From contig NC_135881.1 of NCBI RefSeq assembly GCF_964194155.1, positions 185,752,001 to 185,816,000 of the forward strand: DNA of 64,000 bases. Direction: 5' to 3'. A program made the translations under genes and the position numbers. The notes beneath the pieces are model-generated. The model saw only the letters and a program-made list of their open reading frames with translations, was not told where the DNA came from and did no database searches. Positions 25,691 to 38,276 of this stretch are shown here, in pieces. This DNA comes from Cetorhinus maximus. Lineage: Eukaryota. Numbering within the stretch: position 1 is the first letter of the stretch; every line of letters begins with the position of its first letter.

Positions 25691-26291
25691 TTCAAAAAGA
25701 AGTTTACTCAGAATTAAGGAATGGATTACCATACAAAACAATGTGTAGTAAAAAAAGCAATCAAGAGTGAGAAGGAAAAAAATCTAGCTTGCTAAGGAGA
25801 AATAGCATTCAACTATAAGTATTTTCTATCTGCTCTGCTTGTACATTGCTTTTTATGCTGAAGAGGAATTGTAAATTATAAATAATAAAATATATTAAAT
25901 ATTGTCAAAGAAATAAGAATGATTGTAACCACTCAGTGACTTTGTTATTATCCAAGCAGGTTTTTGATAACACCTGCAACACCTGCTGGAAGTATGTCTG
26001 GTTTCAATAGGATCAAGTTAGGTGTAATGCCTCAGGTTAAATAACATGCCAAGGTCCACTGTGCATGCTCCCATATGAAGAGCCACCTGTACCAGAGGCC
26101 TGCTGGTGGTCAAGTGACAGTACCCCAGTTTGAGTCACCAACTTCAAGAAAGAAAAATGTTCAAGGAATGTCCAAGTACAGCTTCACATAAACAAGTATT
26201 TTGCAAGCAAGTACTGTACTACTTACAACTACCATAATCAGCTGGTAGTCTTTTGGAAGTATCAAAAAATGTTTTAAATAACAAATCTCAC

Positions 26292-26433
26292 CATCAGAAA
26301 AGAAAAAAGATCTTGTTCCATCTTGACGAACATAAAAATTAGGTCCGAGTTTGTGGCCGCTTTTGAATCGGAGCATGGTGTGATCATATAGTCCATAATC
26401 TCGAAATAAGATGTATCCACCAGGTTTCAGTAT
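26292..26433 (-). CDS. METTL6: METTL6 coding exon 4
   Basis: gacag| ILKPGGYILFRDYGLYDHTMLRFKSGHKLGPNFYVRQDGTRSFFFSD |gtgag; 142 nt. Confidence 0.97.
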
Positions 26434-26904
26434 CTGTCACAGACACACAAGAATCAAAGTCACAGTTAATAGGTCTTTCGCAATGATGCACTGCACTGCT
26501 AAATGAACAAAGTGGGCCTACAGGAGTAATTCACTTTTATTAGCTTAGTAGGTCACATTCTCAGCGAATTAACAAAAGGAAACACAATGAGCTAAGATAC
26601 AAAATGCAAAAACCTTTATAAGTGAGACTGTATTTATAGAAACAAAGTGTTCAATTGTCTCTTCTAATTTTTATTTTTCTCCATCTACATCTATGAGAAA
26701 TTATAATTTTTGATATTCCATAACAGCAGTGCTAAATGAGTGGGTTCTTCAAAGCCCACTTAAAAACTCCCACAGATATCATGTTGAATTGTGTTTAAAT
26801 TATAAAATGTTCAACAATGAGAAAAGGTAACATAACCAGTACAACAGATATATAATTTACTTTAATTTCAAATTCACCACTTTGACAAAAAACATTTGTC
26901 AGAA

Positions 26905-27830
26905 GGTATGGTTGCTAAATTTGCTGATGACACAAAGATAGGTAGGAAAGTAAATTGTGAAGAGGATATAAGGAGGCTACAAAGGGACATAGATAGCGTA
27001 TGTGAGTGGGCAAAGGTCTGGCAAATGGGAATGTAATGTGGGAAAATGTGAAATTGTCCATTTTGGCAGGAAAAATAAAAAAATAAGCATATTATCTAAA
27101 TGGTGAGAAATCGAGGAGCTCCGAGATTCAGCGGAATTTGAGTGGCCTATTGCATGAATCGCAAAAGGTTAGTATCCAGGTTGCTGTAATTAAGAAAGCT
27201 AATAGCATATTATTGTTTATTGAGAGGTGAATTGAATACAAAAGTAAAGAGGTTAAGCTTATATAGGGTATTGGTGAGACCACATCTGGAGTACTGTGTA
27301 CTGGAGTACTGTCTCCTTATTTAAGGAAGGAGGTAAATGCGTTGGAAGGCTTATTAGATTAATACCTGGAATGGGCGGGGTGTCTTATGAGGAAAGGTTA
27401 GACAGGCTGGGCTTAAATCTGCTAGGCTTTTTTAGAGTAAGAGGCGACTTGAGTGAAACATGTAAGAACCTGAGGGGTCTTGATAAGGCGGATGTGACGA
27501 GGACGTTTCCTCTTGTGTGAGAATTTAGAACTAGTGGGTCAGTTTAAAAATAAGGGGCCACCCATTTAAGAAAGAGATGGAGAATTTTTTTTGTCTCAGA
27601 GGATCATGAGTCTTTGGAACTCTCTTCCTCAAAAGGCAGGGGAAGCAGAGTCTTTGAATATTTTTAAAGCAGAGGTAGATAGATTCTTGATAAGCAAGGG
27701 GCTGAAAGGTTATATGGGGTAGGTGGGAATGTGGAGTTGAGTTTACAATCAGATCAGCTATGCCCTTATTGAATGGCGGAGCAGGCTCAAGGGGCCGGGT
27801 GGCCTATTCCTGCTCCTAATTAGTATGTTT
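26905..27830 (+). mobile_element. CR1 LINE 3' fragment
   Basis: KFADDTK (aaatttgctgatgacacaaag), LVRPHLEYC, YEERLDRLGL and a CR1-type 3' UTR. Confidence 0.85.
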
Positions 27831-27904
27831 GTAAATCCTTTTGAATGTTGCCCATTTACACCACTATGAATGCAATGGCAGCACGTGTACCATTAAATAC
27901 TAAC

Positions 27905-28075
27905 TTTATAGATATTTTCTAATGCCAGCTGCATCTTGTCAGGATGAATGGCAGAGAGCACGAAGATCAGTGTAACAACATCCACGGAGTCCGCTGGCAC
28001 ATTCTCCAGTAAATCGTCTTTTGTCAGATCACACTGAAAGACCTTACATCGTTCAACTTTATACAAGCGGTTTTG
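27905..28075 (-). CDS. METTL6: METTL6 coding exon 3
   Basis: aaag| QNRLYKVERCKVFQCDLTKDDLL...IFVLSAIHPDKMQLALENIYK |gttag; 171 nt, phase 0. Confidence 0.97.
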
Positions 28076-28262
28076 CTTTAAAAAAAGAAACAAACATAGG
28101 AATGGATAAGATGGAATCTGTACAGGATGCTCCCATCAATTGCATGATTAGCTTTACTATGTTATTGTTTTTTTAAGCTTTAACCATTGATGTCTAAAAC
28201 AGCTGATGGATTATTTGGGAAATTTGAAGAAGCTGCTAAGCTGAGCAATACAAGTACATAAC

Positions 28263-30371
28263 ACAGTTGACCATCCTTTATCCATACATCCAAATTCCGA
28301 ACACATCCAAAAACTGAAAGTTTTTTGAATAGAACCTAGCCTGAGCCAACATGAACCTCACCGACCTTTCGCATGGGAAGCTTGTGACCTGAGCCGACAC
28401 GAACCTAATCAACCTGACCTGCCCTTTAGCATGGGAAGTCTGTGACCCAAGCCAACACAACCTCGCCAACTGGACCTGACCTTTTGCGTGGGAAATCTAT
28501 TTGTTTGCCTTAGCTTGTGATTTTTTTGGTTATTTAGTGCTTTTATTCCAGTGTCAAAAAGACCATCAGATACCCTTATGAGAAAAGGAAAAGGAAGGAA
28601 ATTCGCTATCGATTGCTAATAAACTGGAGCTGTTGCAAAAACTTGACCGTGGTGCATCTGTGAGGCAACTGAATGAGGGGTATGGGGCGAGTACCACCAC
28701 CATATACGATTTAAAGAAGCAGAAAGACCAACTGTTGAAATTTTATATTGAAAGTGATTCACAAAAGCTAATGAATAGTAGAAAAACTTTACATAGGTTG
28801 AAAAACGATGAACGTGGTCATGTCACAGTGGAGTGGATTTGTCAGTGCAGGATTAAAAGGCTTCCGCTGACTGACCCATTGATCATGCAACAAGCCAAGA
28901 TCTTTTACGAAGAACTGAGGCTTGAAGGTGCATCTGAGTACACGACAGGTTGGTTACAGAAATTCAAGAAGTGTCATGCTATCAAGTTTTTGAAAGTTTG
29001 TGGTGATAAAGCCTCTGCAGACTATGACACCACTGAAAACTCTACTGATGAGTCTGCTATGCTAATTTCAGACCAAAATCTTTCACCTGAACAAATGATG
29101 CTAATGAAACAAGTCTATACTGGCAGTACGTCGCTAAGAAAATGCTAGCAATGGCTGAGGAGAGTGCACCAATGGGTGTTAAGGATGCCAAGGTCCTTGG
29201 TTGTGCCAATGTGGCTTGCACACATAAATGTAAATTGGCTATAATTGGGAAGAGCAAATGTTCCAGGTCCTTCAAGGGTATTCGGACATTACCTATTCAC
29301 TACTATGCCAATAAGGGAGCCTGGGTAACCAGGGACATGTTTTCTAATTGGTTTCGCAACCACTTTAAGACTCCTTTTTGAATAGTATGCTTGGTGCTGT
29401 GAACAGGGACTGGGGCTTGAAGGCTTCCAGAAGGAATTTCCAGTTAAGGATGCCATCTACGCATCTGTTAATGCCTGATGCCTTGTTGATAAAGACACCT
29501 TGACCAACAGTTGGCAGAACCTTTGGCTTGCAACAATGTTCGTTAAAGACGATAATATTGAAGACGACGTGGAAAGATTTCGTGTGAACAAGGAAGAAAA
29601 AATAGTAAACCAGCTCCTAGCATATGCGAACTGTACATTGTTGGAATGTGTGAATACACTAGAGGCCTAGGAAATCGAGCAAGTGTTTAATATTGACACG
29701 ATGCTCCCGTTGTGCAATCTTTTAACTGATGAGGTGGTTGCAGAAATGGTATTATGTCAAGATCAACTTGATAAAAACAGGATGACAATAGTGAATACAG
29801 TAGAGAAAGTGCCCATAGACAATATTAAGTTGTGTGACGGGTTGATAGATGTACTTGAACAACGTGCATTTATAAGTGAGCAAGAACTAATGTCGGTGTA
29901 TAAAATAAAATAAATTTATTAAACAAAAACAAAAATGTTGGTGAGGCAGATGAAGCTGGAAGAACTATTCAAGGCAGCCTCCTCAGCCCTTTCCCTCCTC
30001 CCCCTCTCTTACGAACTCCTTTACCAAGGTTTAATTAATGCAGTCATCATTTGGATCCATCATCCTTTGTGAGTGGATAACACCCAAATTATTGTGTAAG
30101 TGCTCATTATTTTTTAATCATGTTAATAAAGCAATGTAATATATTACAGGTGTAATAAGCGTTAACAAGAAGTAAGGTGTACGAGAGTTGGCAAATGGAG
30201 AAACAACCTGGTATTTGTAGATGATAGCTGGTCTAGGTTTAGGCTATTGTAATGTAAGTAGGCTTAGGCCTACCGTATATACAGTAGGCATATCACATCT
30301 GAAAACCAAAAATATTTAAATACTGAAACACAATCGGTCCCAACAATGTCGCATGAAGGATACTCGACCTG
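28263..30371 (+). mobile_element. Tigger4/Zombi-like pogo-family DNA transposon, near full length, decayed transposase
   Basis: Ends cagttgaccatcc...tccaaattccga and ...gaaggatactcgacctg|ta resemble Tigger4 TIRs with a TA target site. ORFs 28633-29148 (CENP-B HTH, GWLQKFKKCHAI), 29142-29381 (DDE-1 region, YYANKGAWVTRDMF..WF) and 29683-29913. Confidence 0.85.
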
Positions 30372-30740
30372 TATCACTAAATATCAATTATGTATCTTCT
30401 GTTTCAGGGCTGTCTGTGGAATCCTGCTATGCTGTTGTGTTTTTCATTACAATAGCAACTAAACTTCAAAAGTCCTTAATTGGCTGTAAAGAGCTTTGAC
30501 TTCCTGAGGTCATGCAAGGCGCTATGTAAAAGTATGTTTTCTTGCTTTTTTTCTTTCATTCCAGGTTCTTACATTCACATCAATGCCATTGAGAATCTGG
30601 CTGTATCATTTATTTTCTGTGCAAATTTATTAAAGTATCTCTAGTGTACATTTTCTATCTGTTCCATCTTGAAGAATTTCAACACAAGGTGTAAAAAAAT
30701 CAAGAAAATGGTCAAAAACAATTAACATTGTTTCATGTAC

Positions 30741-30875
30741 CTTTACAAACTCTACAGCTCGGGGAGAGAAGTCACATGCATAAATGAAGACATTCAGATC
30801 ATCCTGTAAAAGAGGGAATAAACAGTTCCCAACTCCACAGCCAGCTTCCAAGAGAATCAGTTTTTGATTCTGAAA
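30741..30875 (-). CDS. METTL6: METTL6 coding exon 2 (SAM-binding motif I)
   Basis: gaag| FQNQKLILLEAGCGVGNCLFPLLQDDLNVFIYACDFSPRAVEFVK |gtac; 135 nt. Confidence 0.97.
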
Positions 30876-32049
30876 CTTCAAAGAGAAAAAAAAACAATAT
30901 TAAGAATAATTTGCAATTTTATAGAACCTTAATACAGTAAAATGATCCATAGTGCTTCAAGTAAGAAAAAGTGGATACGACCAGCAGTGTTAAAAGAGAA
31001 AACCAGGAGAGGCAGGTCAGGGTAACAAGTAGAAAGTAAAGAGGCTTCAGGAGGAAGTTCAGACAGTAAGGCTGAAGGGTTTGTCAGCAATGGATGAGCG
31101 ACATGGGGAGATGCACTGGGGACCTAATTCAGAAGACCAAAGGGCATCAAGTGGAATGCAAGGTTGGATAGAAGGGCGGGGCAATGCTGAGAATAGGTTT
31201 TGAATTCTGAATTCAGTATGTTAGAGATAAGGGACTAGCAGAGGTCAGCAAGTACGGAGTGATTGCAAGTGGAATTCAGTGCAGGAGGATATGGACATTG
31301 GAGTTTTGGGTGAGTTGTTCTTTCTTAGGGCGGAACATTAAGGAGTCAACTCTTTGAGTCACAAAAGCATAGTCGAGGTTTGCAGCAGCAGTAGGCGGCT
31401 GAGACTGGCAACGCTCTAGAGGTGGGAGCAAGCAGTCTTGGGGGTGAGTAGGCTATGGGGCTTCAAATATAACAAAATGGTAGAACAATGAGCTTGTGCA
31501 CCATTTAAGTGAGGGGCTGGGAAGGTAATGAGATTGCAGCCAAGGGTGCAGACTTTGTGGCGGAAGCTCCATAAGATGGATTCAGTTTTCTGTGTACAAT
31601 TTGAGAAAATGCAGGCTCATTTACACTTAACTATTTGGTAAGCATTCTGGTACAAGGCATCAATTGAATTAATGGTGGTAGAGAGGTAAAGCTGGGTGGC
31701 AGTAGCATATATATCGAAACTGGCCCCATGACTGTGGATAATGTCTCTGGTGGTAGCATGTAAACAAGGGAAGATGATAGGGGCATATGCTGGAGATGAC
31801 AATGGGGGACAGGGGCAAAATTGCAACAGATGAGTTGGCTAGAATGGGACAGACAGGAATGGTACCAAGCAGAGCAGCTTCTTGGAGGTGATAAAGGTGA
31901 GGTATATGGAATGACTGGCCACATTTATATTCCAAATACCTTTCTTAAAACCAATATGGTCTTTGCAGGTTTTCACTAGACTTGCCTATTGCTGAAATAG
32001 CAGCTCTATAACTCTCAGGTTTGGGTTTTCTGTATCCCACATCACTTAC

Positions 32050-32388
32050 TTCTCTACACGTTTTCAGTTCTTCAAACTCCCTGGTTGTCCAATGTCTATC
32101 TTTGAAGAAGTTGGTGCTGTTCCTTTTGTAAAATAAATCCCAGTTCTTCTGTGCATCTCTTTCAAGCTTCTGTTGTTTAAAATCCGACAATAAGCTCTGA
32201 TCTTTTATGAGTTTTTCTGCTTCTTCAGGGGTAAGAATCCTTCCCCTATCCCCTATGACTTGAAAAGGCACTTCTGATTCGGAGGGTGTTACAGTTACTA
32301 CCTTAGTGCTTAAAGAGCAATTGTTTAGCCCTTCTTTTTGGTATGTTTGGGTAGCATAAGAATAACTTGTTTCCATGACATCTCCCAT
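32050..32388 (-). CDS. METTL6: METTL6 first coding exon (acceptor at 32413; ATG 32388, alternative ATG 32376)
   Basis: MGDVMETS...RILTPEEAEKLIKDQSLLSDFKQQKLERDAQKNWDLFYKRNSTNFFKDRHWTTREFEELKTCRE |gtaag. Exons sum to 942 nt = 313 aa plus stop. Confidence 0.92.
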
Positions 32389-32597
32389 TATGTTTGCAAT
32401 ATTGCAGATGTACCTAAAGCAAGAGACGAACAAGCTTTAGATTGCGGTGTAAAATTCAGAACAGTACAATACAATCAAAAGCCTCCATTCTGAAGGCTAG
32501 CGCTGCATTTAAAGACAATATAGAGTGATTTACTTTTTAAATGTTGGTGAATATATAGTGAAATCTTTGTGGAGCAAATGCTGCGCATCTTTTTATC

Positions 32598-32890
32598 GTA
32601 TCTCAGAGACAGCCAGTCATTAGACTGTATTTGCAAGAGAGAGCCCGTTGTCAGTCCATGTATCCCAAGGGTGCCAGTTATCAATATGTGTACCTCAAGA
32701 GATTGCCAGTTATCAGTGGCTGTGGATTGGCGTATATCTCAAAGAGCTCTAATTATTAATCAATGTATCTCGGAGAGTGCCAGCTACCACTTTGTGTATC
32801 TTGGAGACTGCCAGTTACTGGTCTGTGTATCTCAGAAAGCTCCAGTTACCAGTCCGTGTATCTCAGAGAGAGTTGATTACCAGTCCGTGT
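32598..32890. repeat. Degenerate ~30-bp minisatellite; resumes at ~35465-35522
   Basis: Recurrent unit gtgtatctcagagactgccagttaccagtcc. Confidence 0.75.
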
Positions 32891-32894
32891 CCAG

Positions 32895-35460
32895 AATCAT
32901 ACAATGATTATAACATAATCAGCAGGTCGTGTCCGTGCAAGAGCCACTCAGCTAGGCGCATTATATCCTGCCCTCCTTTCCTCAAAACACTGCAAATTTT
33001 CTTTTTAAGTGCTTATACAACTCCCTTGCGAAAGCCACAATTGAATCACCTCGAGCACTCTCAAATAGTACATCCCAGATCCTAACCAGTCATTGTATAA
33101 AAAGGTCTTCCTCATGTTGCCTTGGGTTCTTTTGTTAGTCACATTGAATGTTATCCTCTGGGAACGGTTTATCTGTATCTTGGTCCGGATCCATCAAGAT
33201 TCTGAACACCTCTAGCAAATCTCCTCTCAATCTTCTCTTTTCTGAGGAAGCCAAACGCAGCTTCTGCAATCTATCCACGTAACTGAAGTCCCTCATCCCT
33301 GGGATAATTTCTGTAATTTTTTGCCCTAGTGGCGCAGGACGCAGACAAAGCTCGTGCTTACATCTGTTTTCATAGCTGCTTTTTCATGGAACAAGTTGTT
33401 AACCTGTCGCCAGAGACTATACCTCAAGGGGCTACTTTGCATCAAGCATGGATGACCAGGAGACTCTCCCGCTCTTACTGCTTGCCATGGACATATTGGA
33501 AGGATTTACAGGTTGATGATCAACCTGTTTGGCCATGTTATGAACACACCTTCTGTGGCCATCAAGTCCTGGAGTGGCACTTGAACCCAGAGCTTCTGGC
33601 TTAGAGGCAGGAACACTACCCACTGTGCCACAATACCTCCCCATCACCCAAATTTAGGCTGGTAATACATACCAAGGAAAGCAGTGGTCCTAGTATCAAC
33701 CCCTGGGGACCCCAGGATATACCCTCCATCAGTCTGAAAAACAACCGTTCACCATTACTCTCGGTTTCCTGACACCCAGCCAACTTTGTATCCATGTTGC
33801 CACTGTCCCCTTTATTCCATGGGCTTCAGTTTTTCTGACAAGTCTTTTATGCGGCTCATTATCAAACACCTTTTAAAGTCCATGAATCAACTGCATTACC
33901 TTCATCAATCCTCTGTTACCTCATCAAAAAACTCAATCAAGTGCATTAAATATGGTTTACCTTTATCAAATCCATGCTGGTTTTCCTTAATAAATTCACC
34001 CTCAAATATGTGAGTTAATTTTGCCCGAGATTATCGTTTCTAAAAGCTTCCCCATCACTGAGTTTCAACTGGCCTGTTGTTGCTGGGGTTATCCTTATAC
34101 GTTTTTCAAACAAGGCTGTAACATTTACTATTCTCCAGTTTTCTGGCACCATTCTCTTAGGAGGACTGCAAGATTATGACCATTACTTCTACAATTTCCA
34201 CCCTTACCTTCTCTCATGTATGCCATCTGGTCCTGGTGATTTATCAACTTTAAGTACAGTCAACCTTTTTAATACCTCCTCTTTGTCAACTGTTACTTAT
34301 CATGTATCTCAACTACCTCCCCTTTCACTATGACATCTGCAGCCTCTTTTTCCTTGGTAAAGGCAAATGCAAGGGAATTATTTAGTACCAAGCCCTCTGC
34401 CTCCATGTGTAGATTCCCTTATCAGCCCCATCTCTCCTCTTCCCACCATTTACTATTTAATTGCCTATAGAAGACTTTGGATTCCTTTTTATGCTAGCTG
34501 CCAGTCTCTTCTCATGGCCCCTTTGCCTCGTGCATCCTTTTCACTCCCCCACACCCCCTGAACTTTTCTGTATACAAACTGGCATCTGTCATAAAACACA
34601 CTTTTTCTGCTTCAGCTTACTCTCTTTTTCTTTGGTCATCCAGACGCTCTGGCTTTGTTTGTCCTACCTTTCCCCTTTGTGGGAATGTACCTCGACTCAA
34701 TCCGAATAATCTGCTCTTTAACAAATGTAGCCTTCAAAAACAGAATTAGATGAATACTTGAAAGAGAAAACATTGCAGAGATATGGGGAAAGAGTGGGGG
34801 AGTGGAATTAACTGGATTGCTCTTTGAAAGAGCTGGTGCAGACTCAACGGGCTGAATGGCCTGTCTGTGCTGTACTAGTCTATGATTCTATAAATTTAGC
34901 CCATTACAATTTTGCCTGCCAATCTTTGATTCCAATTTATCTGGGACAGATCTGTTCTCACCCCAATTAAATTGGCCCTCCTCCAATTGAGTCTTTTTCC
35001 ATAGTGAACCTAAACCTTATGATGCTTATGAGCACTGTCTCTTTAATGTTGCCCTACTGACACTTGAGCTACTTAATCCAGTTTATTCACCAGCATCAGA
35101 TCCAGCAATCCTTCCTTCCTTGTTAGGCTGGAAACATATCGATCAAGAAAATTATACAGAACACACTTCAGAAATTCTTCCCCCACCAACTGCCCTTTAC
35201 ATCATTATTATCCCATTTTTTGTTAGGATAATTGTAGTCCCCCATTATCACTGCTCTAAAAAGCTGTGGATGCTGGAAATCTGAAATAAAAATAGAAAAT
35301 GCTGGAAAAGTTCAGGTCTAACACAACCATTCTGATGAAAGGTTAAAGACCTGAAACAATAACTATTTCTGTCTCTCCAATGCTACCAGATCTGCTTAGT
35401 GTTCCCAGCACTTTCTGTTTTTAATCCCTACTCGATAGTCTTTGCGCCTCTCTCTAATTT
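32895..35460 (-). mobile_element. Composite CR1-type LINE block with nested fragments
   Basis: CR1 3' UTR, RT and endonuclease-like remnants on -, with a nested + CR1 3' end (~34730-34890) and a palindromic repeat (~35265-35425). Confidence 0.6.
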
Positions 35461-35708
35461 CCCAGAGTATCTGAGAGAGACCCAGTTACCAGTCCGTGGA
35501 TCTCAGAGACCGCCAGTTATCAACTTAACTACCTGACAACCTAGTTGGGCCCTGAACCGTCTAAATGCTTGAAAGGGCGTTGTGGAAATGCAAGTTGTTG
35601 TTGTTATGTAGGACCTGAGCGACTCTCATTCGAGTAGGAGAAGAGAAAGAAAGGGAGAGCCGGGCAGAAAAACAAAGATTAAAACCTCCGAGTCCGAACA
35701 TTTCTTAC

Positions 35709-35920
35709 CGAACAAATGTACCCCCAACCCCCCCAAGGAACAGCGAGACGATCGAATCTGGGTGCGCCGCGTCCTAGTACGCACGTTCACACGCGCCGCT
35801 CCGTCCTCGTCCGTGCGCCGCCTCCTAGTACGCACGTTCACGCGCGCCGCTCCGCCCTCGTCCGTGCGCCATGTCCCAGACAGCGCGCGCGGGCGCGGCT
35901 CGCGACATCGCCATGTTTAC
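35709..35920 (-). other. METTL6: Probable non-coding exon 1 of METTL6 (5' end uncertain)
   Basis: Donor TCG|GTAAGA at 35709/35708 at the edge of the CpG island; pairs with the acceptor at 32413. Confidence 0.6.
35762..35870. repeat. 51-bp tandem duplication (2.1 copies)
   Basis: Units begin at 35762, 35813 and 35864 (gtgcgccgc.tcctagtacgcacgttcac.cgcgccgctccg.cctcgtcc). Confidence 0.95.
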
Positions 35921-36045
35921 TGTTTGAATTTAACGGCCGCCCCCCCCCTCCGAGTGCTCGGTCGGTCGCGTTTGAAAAAAAAAATCATCGGAAAGGAAAG
36001 ACGGCAGCTGCCGGTCCGGAGGGTTGATGACTGAAGCGTTCGGCG

Positions 36046-36148
36046 ATGAATGGCACTGCGCAGCCGGCGCTGGGCAAGGAAGAGCATGTGCTGAAACTGG
36101 GCGAGAGCTTCGAGAAACGGCCCAAGAGCTCGTTCCACACTATCCGCT
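36046..36148 (+). CDS. EAF1: EAF1 (ELL-associated factor 1) exon 1
   Basis: [34 protein letters not shown] |gtgag; 103 nt; compare human [35 protein letters not shown]. Confidence 0.96.
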
Positions 36149-38276
36149 GTGAGTGAGTGAGTGGGAGACGGGGGTAGGTCGAAGAGGGAAGCCCCGAGGC
36201 CTAGGAGCCTGAGGCCTGGGGCTCGGGCCGCATCCACCGTTGTGATCTTCAGTGGGGAAAGGAGAAGCAGAGAGAGAGAGAGAGTTCCAGCACTAAAAGC
36301 ATAAAGCGAAAGTACCAGCCACGCCACAGTGTTCAGCAGGCGGCTTTGAGATGACGGGCCTGATGTTGTTCCGTAACCCACCCTTGGAAGTGTTGCCCAT
36401 CCCGTCGCCTCCCTCCTGTTTCCCTGGTTACCCGGAGCCCCCCTCTCCGGCTCCCATTCCTGGTAGCCAACAGGGCAACTTGTAAGATAGCAGGATTTAA
36501 AGGGCTAAATGAAAGCCCCCTCCCCTCACTCTAGGTTAGTTAAACTTGGCTTTGTATTGTATCCCTTTAATTTATTTTTTGAAAAATACACTTTATTCAC
36601 AAAATATCCGGAAGAACATTACAAAACATTTCTCAATCGCCATCACAAAAAGTGCAATCAGATTCAACTATTACGCATGGATCATGAGGTGCTTCAATAC
36701 AATTAATGAATATTACAATCATTTCAATATGGTCATTACCGACAATCAGACAGTGCAGTGGTATTGGAGTTATCGACATACATCATGTTGCACTCTGAGG
36801 TGCTTCAATGCAATCATAACACAATTAGTATTCAATCCATACATTCATTGTGAGCCGTACAGCCCGAGGGGTCTATACAATTCCCAGCCCCTCGGTGCAC
36901 CATGGCAGAAAGGTCTTAGACAGCATTTACACAGTTGAGGGGTGATCCAAACACACTTGCCTTTATATACTGCTTTTAACTGCCCTGAGATTCCCCAAAA
37001 CGCCTCACATTTCAGTTCTGAAGAAGAGTCATACGGACTCGAAACGTTAGCTCTGTCTTTCTCTCCACAGATGCTGTCAGACCTGCTGAGTTTTTCCAGC
37101 AATATTTGTTTTTGTTTCAGACTTACAGCATCCGCAGTATTTTGCTTTTATCACATTATTAGAAACCTGGCATCCAATTTGCATACAGCAAGGTCCCACA
37201 ATTGACAATGTAATCATAACCAGACCATTTACTTTCTCGTGACGTCGGGTTGAGGGATTAAATATTGTGAGAACTCCCCGCTCTTCGAAATAGTGCCTGG
37301 ATATTTTACATCCACCTGAGAAGACGGACAGGTCCACCCTTTGAAGTCCCGTCTGACAGACGGTACCTCTGACCGTGCAACACTCCTTCGGTACTGAGAG
37401 TCAGCCGCGATTTTGTGCTCTGTTGGTTTGAGCCCACAACCTTCTGATGCGAAGCAAGAGTGAGTCAAGGCTGACACACTGATCTGAATGATGTGTTTAA
37501 AATGGATGAGGGATTTGATAGGGCACGTACAGAAACTTTTTTCTCCTAAGGAATCCAGAACAAGGGGACACAATTTTCAAATTAGAGCTTGGACACTTTG
37601 GAATGAAGCCAGAAAGTCATTTTTCATAAAAAGGGTTCCCTAAAAAGTATTTAATTGCAATGCTAAAGGCATGGAATGATAGATTTTTATTGGGTAGGAG
37701 TATCTACGGATATGGAACTTTGTTGGGCAAATGGAGTCGAGGTGCAGATCAGCCATGATCTGATGAAAAGCAAAGTAAACTAAGAGCCCGAATGGCCTAC
37801 TCCAGTCCTAATTTTCTACTGTGCTAAATGTCTGACCACGAGTACAGGAACCTGCTCTCCCTACTGTGGGCCTTTCTCACGATCTTAATTATAGGGAGTT
37901 TCAACGAGTGAGTGCATTCCACCTCACTGCCAACAAATGACTGGTGTGCAGTGAGGTTTTGGGATTCCCAGCTTTTTTTTGTCTATTTTCTACCTCCCTC
38001 TCCTATGCTGAGTCACTGGCTACTTGTTGGAATGCAACTCCAAAGGCCTTAATCCTAAATCAACAGGGATTCTTGTTCCCAATTGCTGTCCAATGACCCT
38101 TGTTAGACAAATGTTGGTGTGTGCAGAACACTAGGCATTGTGATTCTCTCATAGTCAAATCACTCATGGATGCTCACTGCTCACATTCATATGCAAAGAA
38201 GTAGATATATGCAGCCATATTTGATCTGTTGAAAAGTCCATACTTTTTTGATAACTGTTCTGTGCATTTCTTTCAG

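Larger units (their letters stand above)
35690..36450. promoter_or_regulatory. CpG island / bidirectional promoter of METTL6 and EAF1
   Basis: CpG-dense in an otherwise CpG-depleted window; divergent genes; YY1-like CGCCATGTT at 35909-35917. Confidence 0.85.

Noticed and set aside
28340-28500. Spaced repeats as a CRISPR-like array (also 32598-32890)
   Set aside because: Degenerate tandem units without unique spacers, no cas genes, vertebrate context.
28633-29913. Functional JRKL/TIGD gene
   Set aside because: Frameshifts and stops with TIRs retained: a dead transposon.
35626-36381. Several overlapping 70-154 aa ORFs in the CpG island (likewise 55027-56011)
   Set aside because: GC-rich, stop-poor DNA and antisense shadows of real exons.
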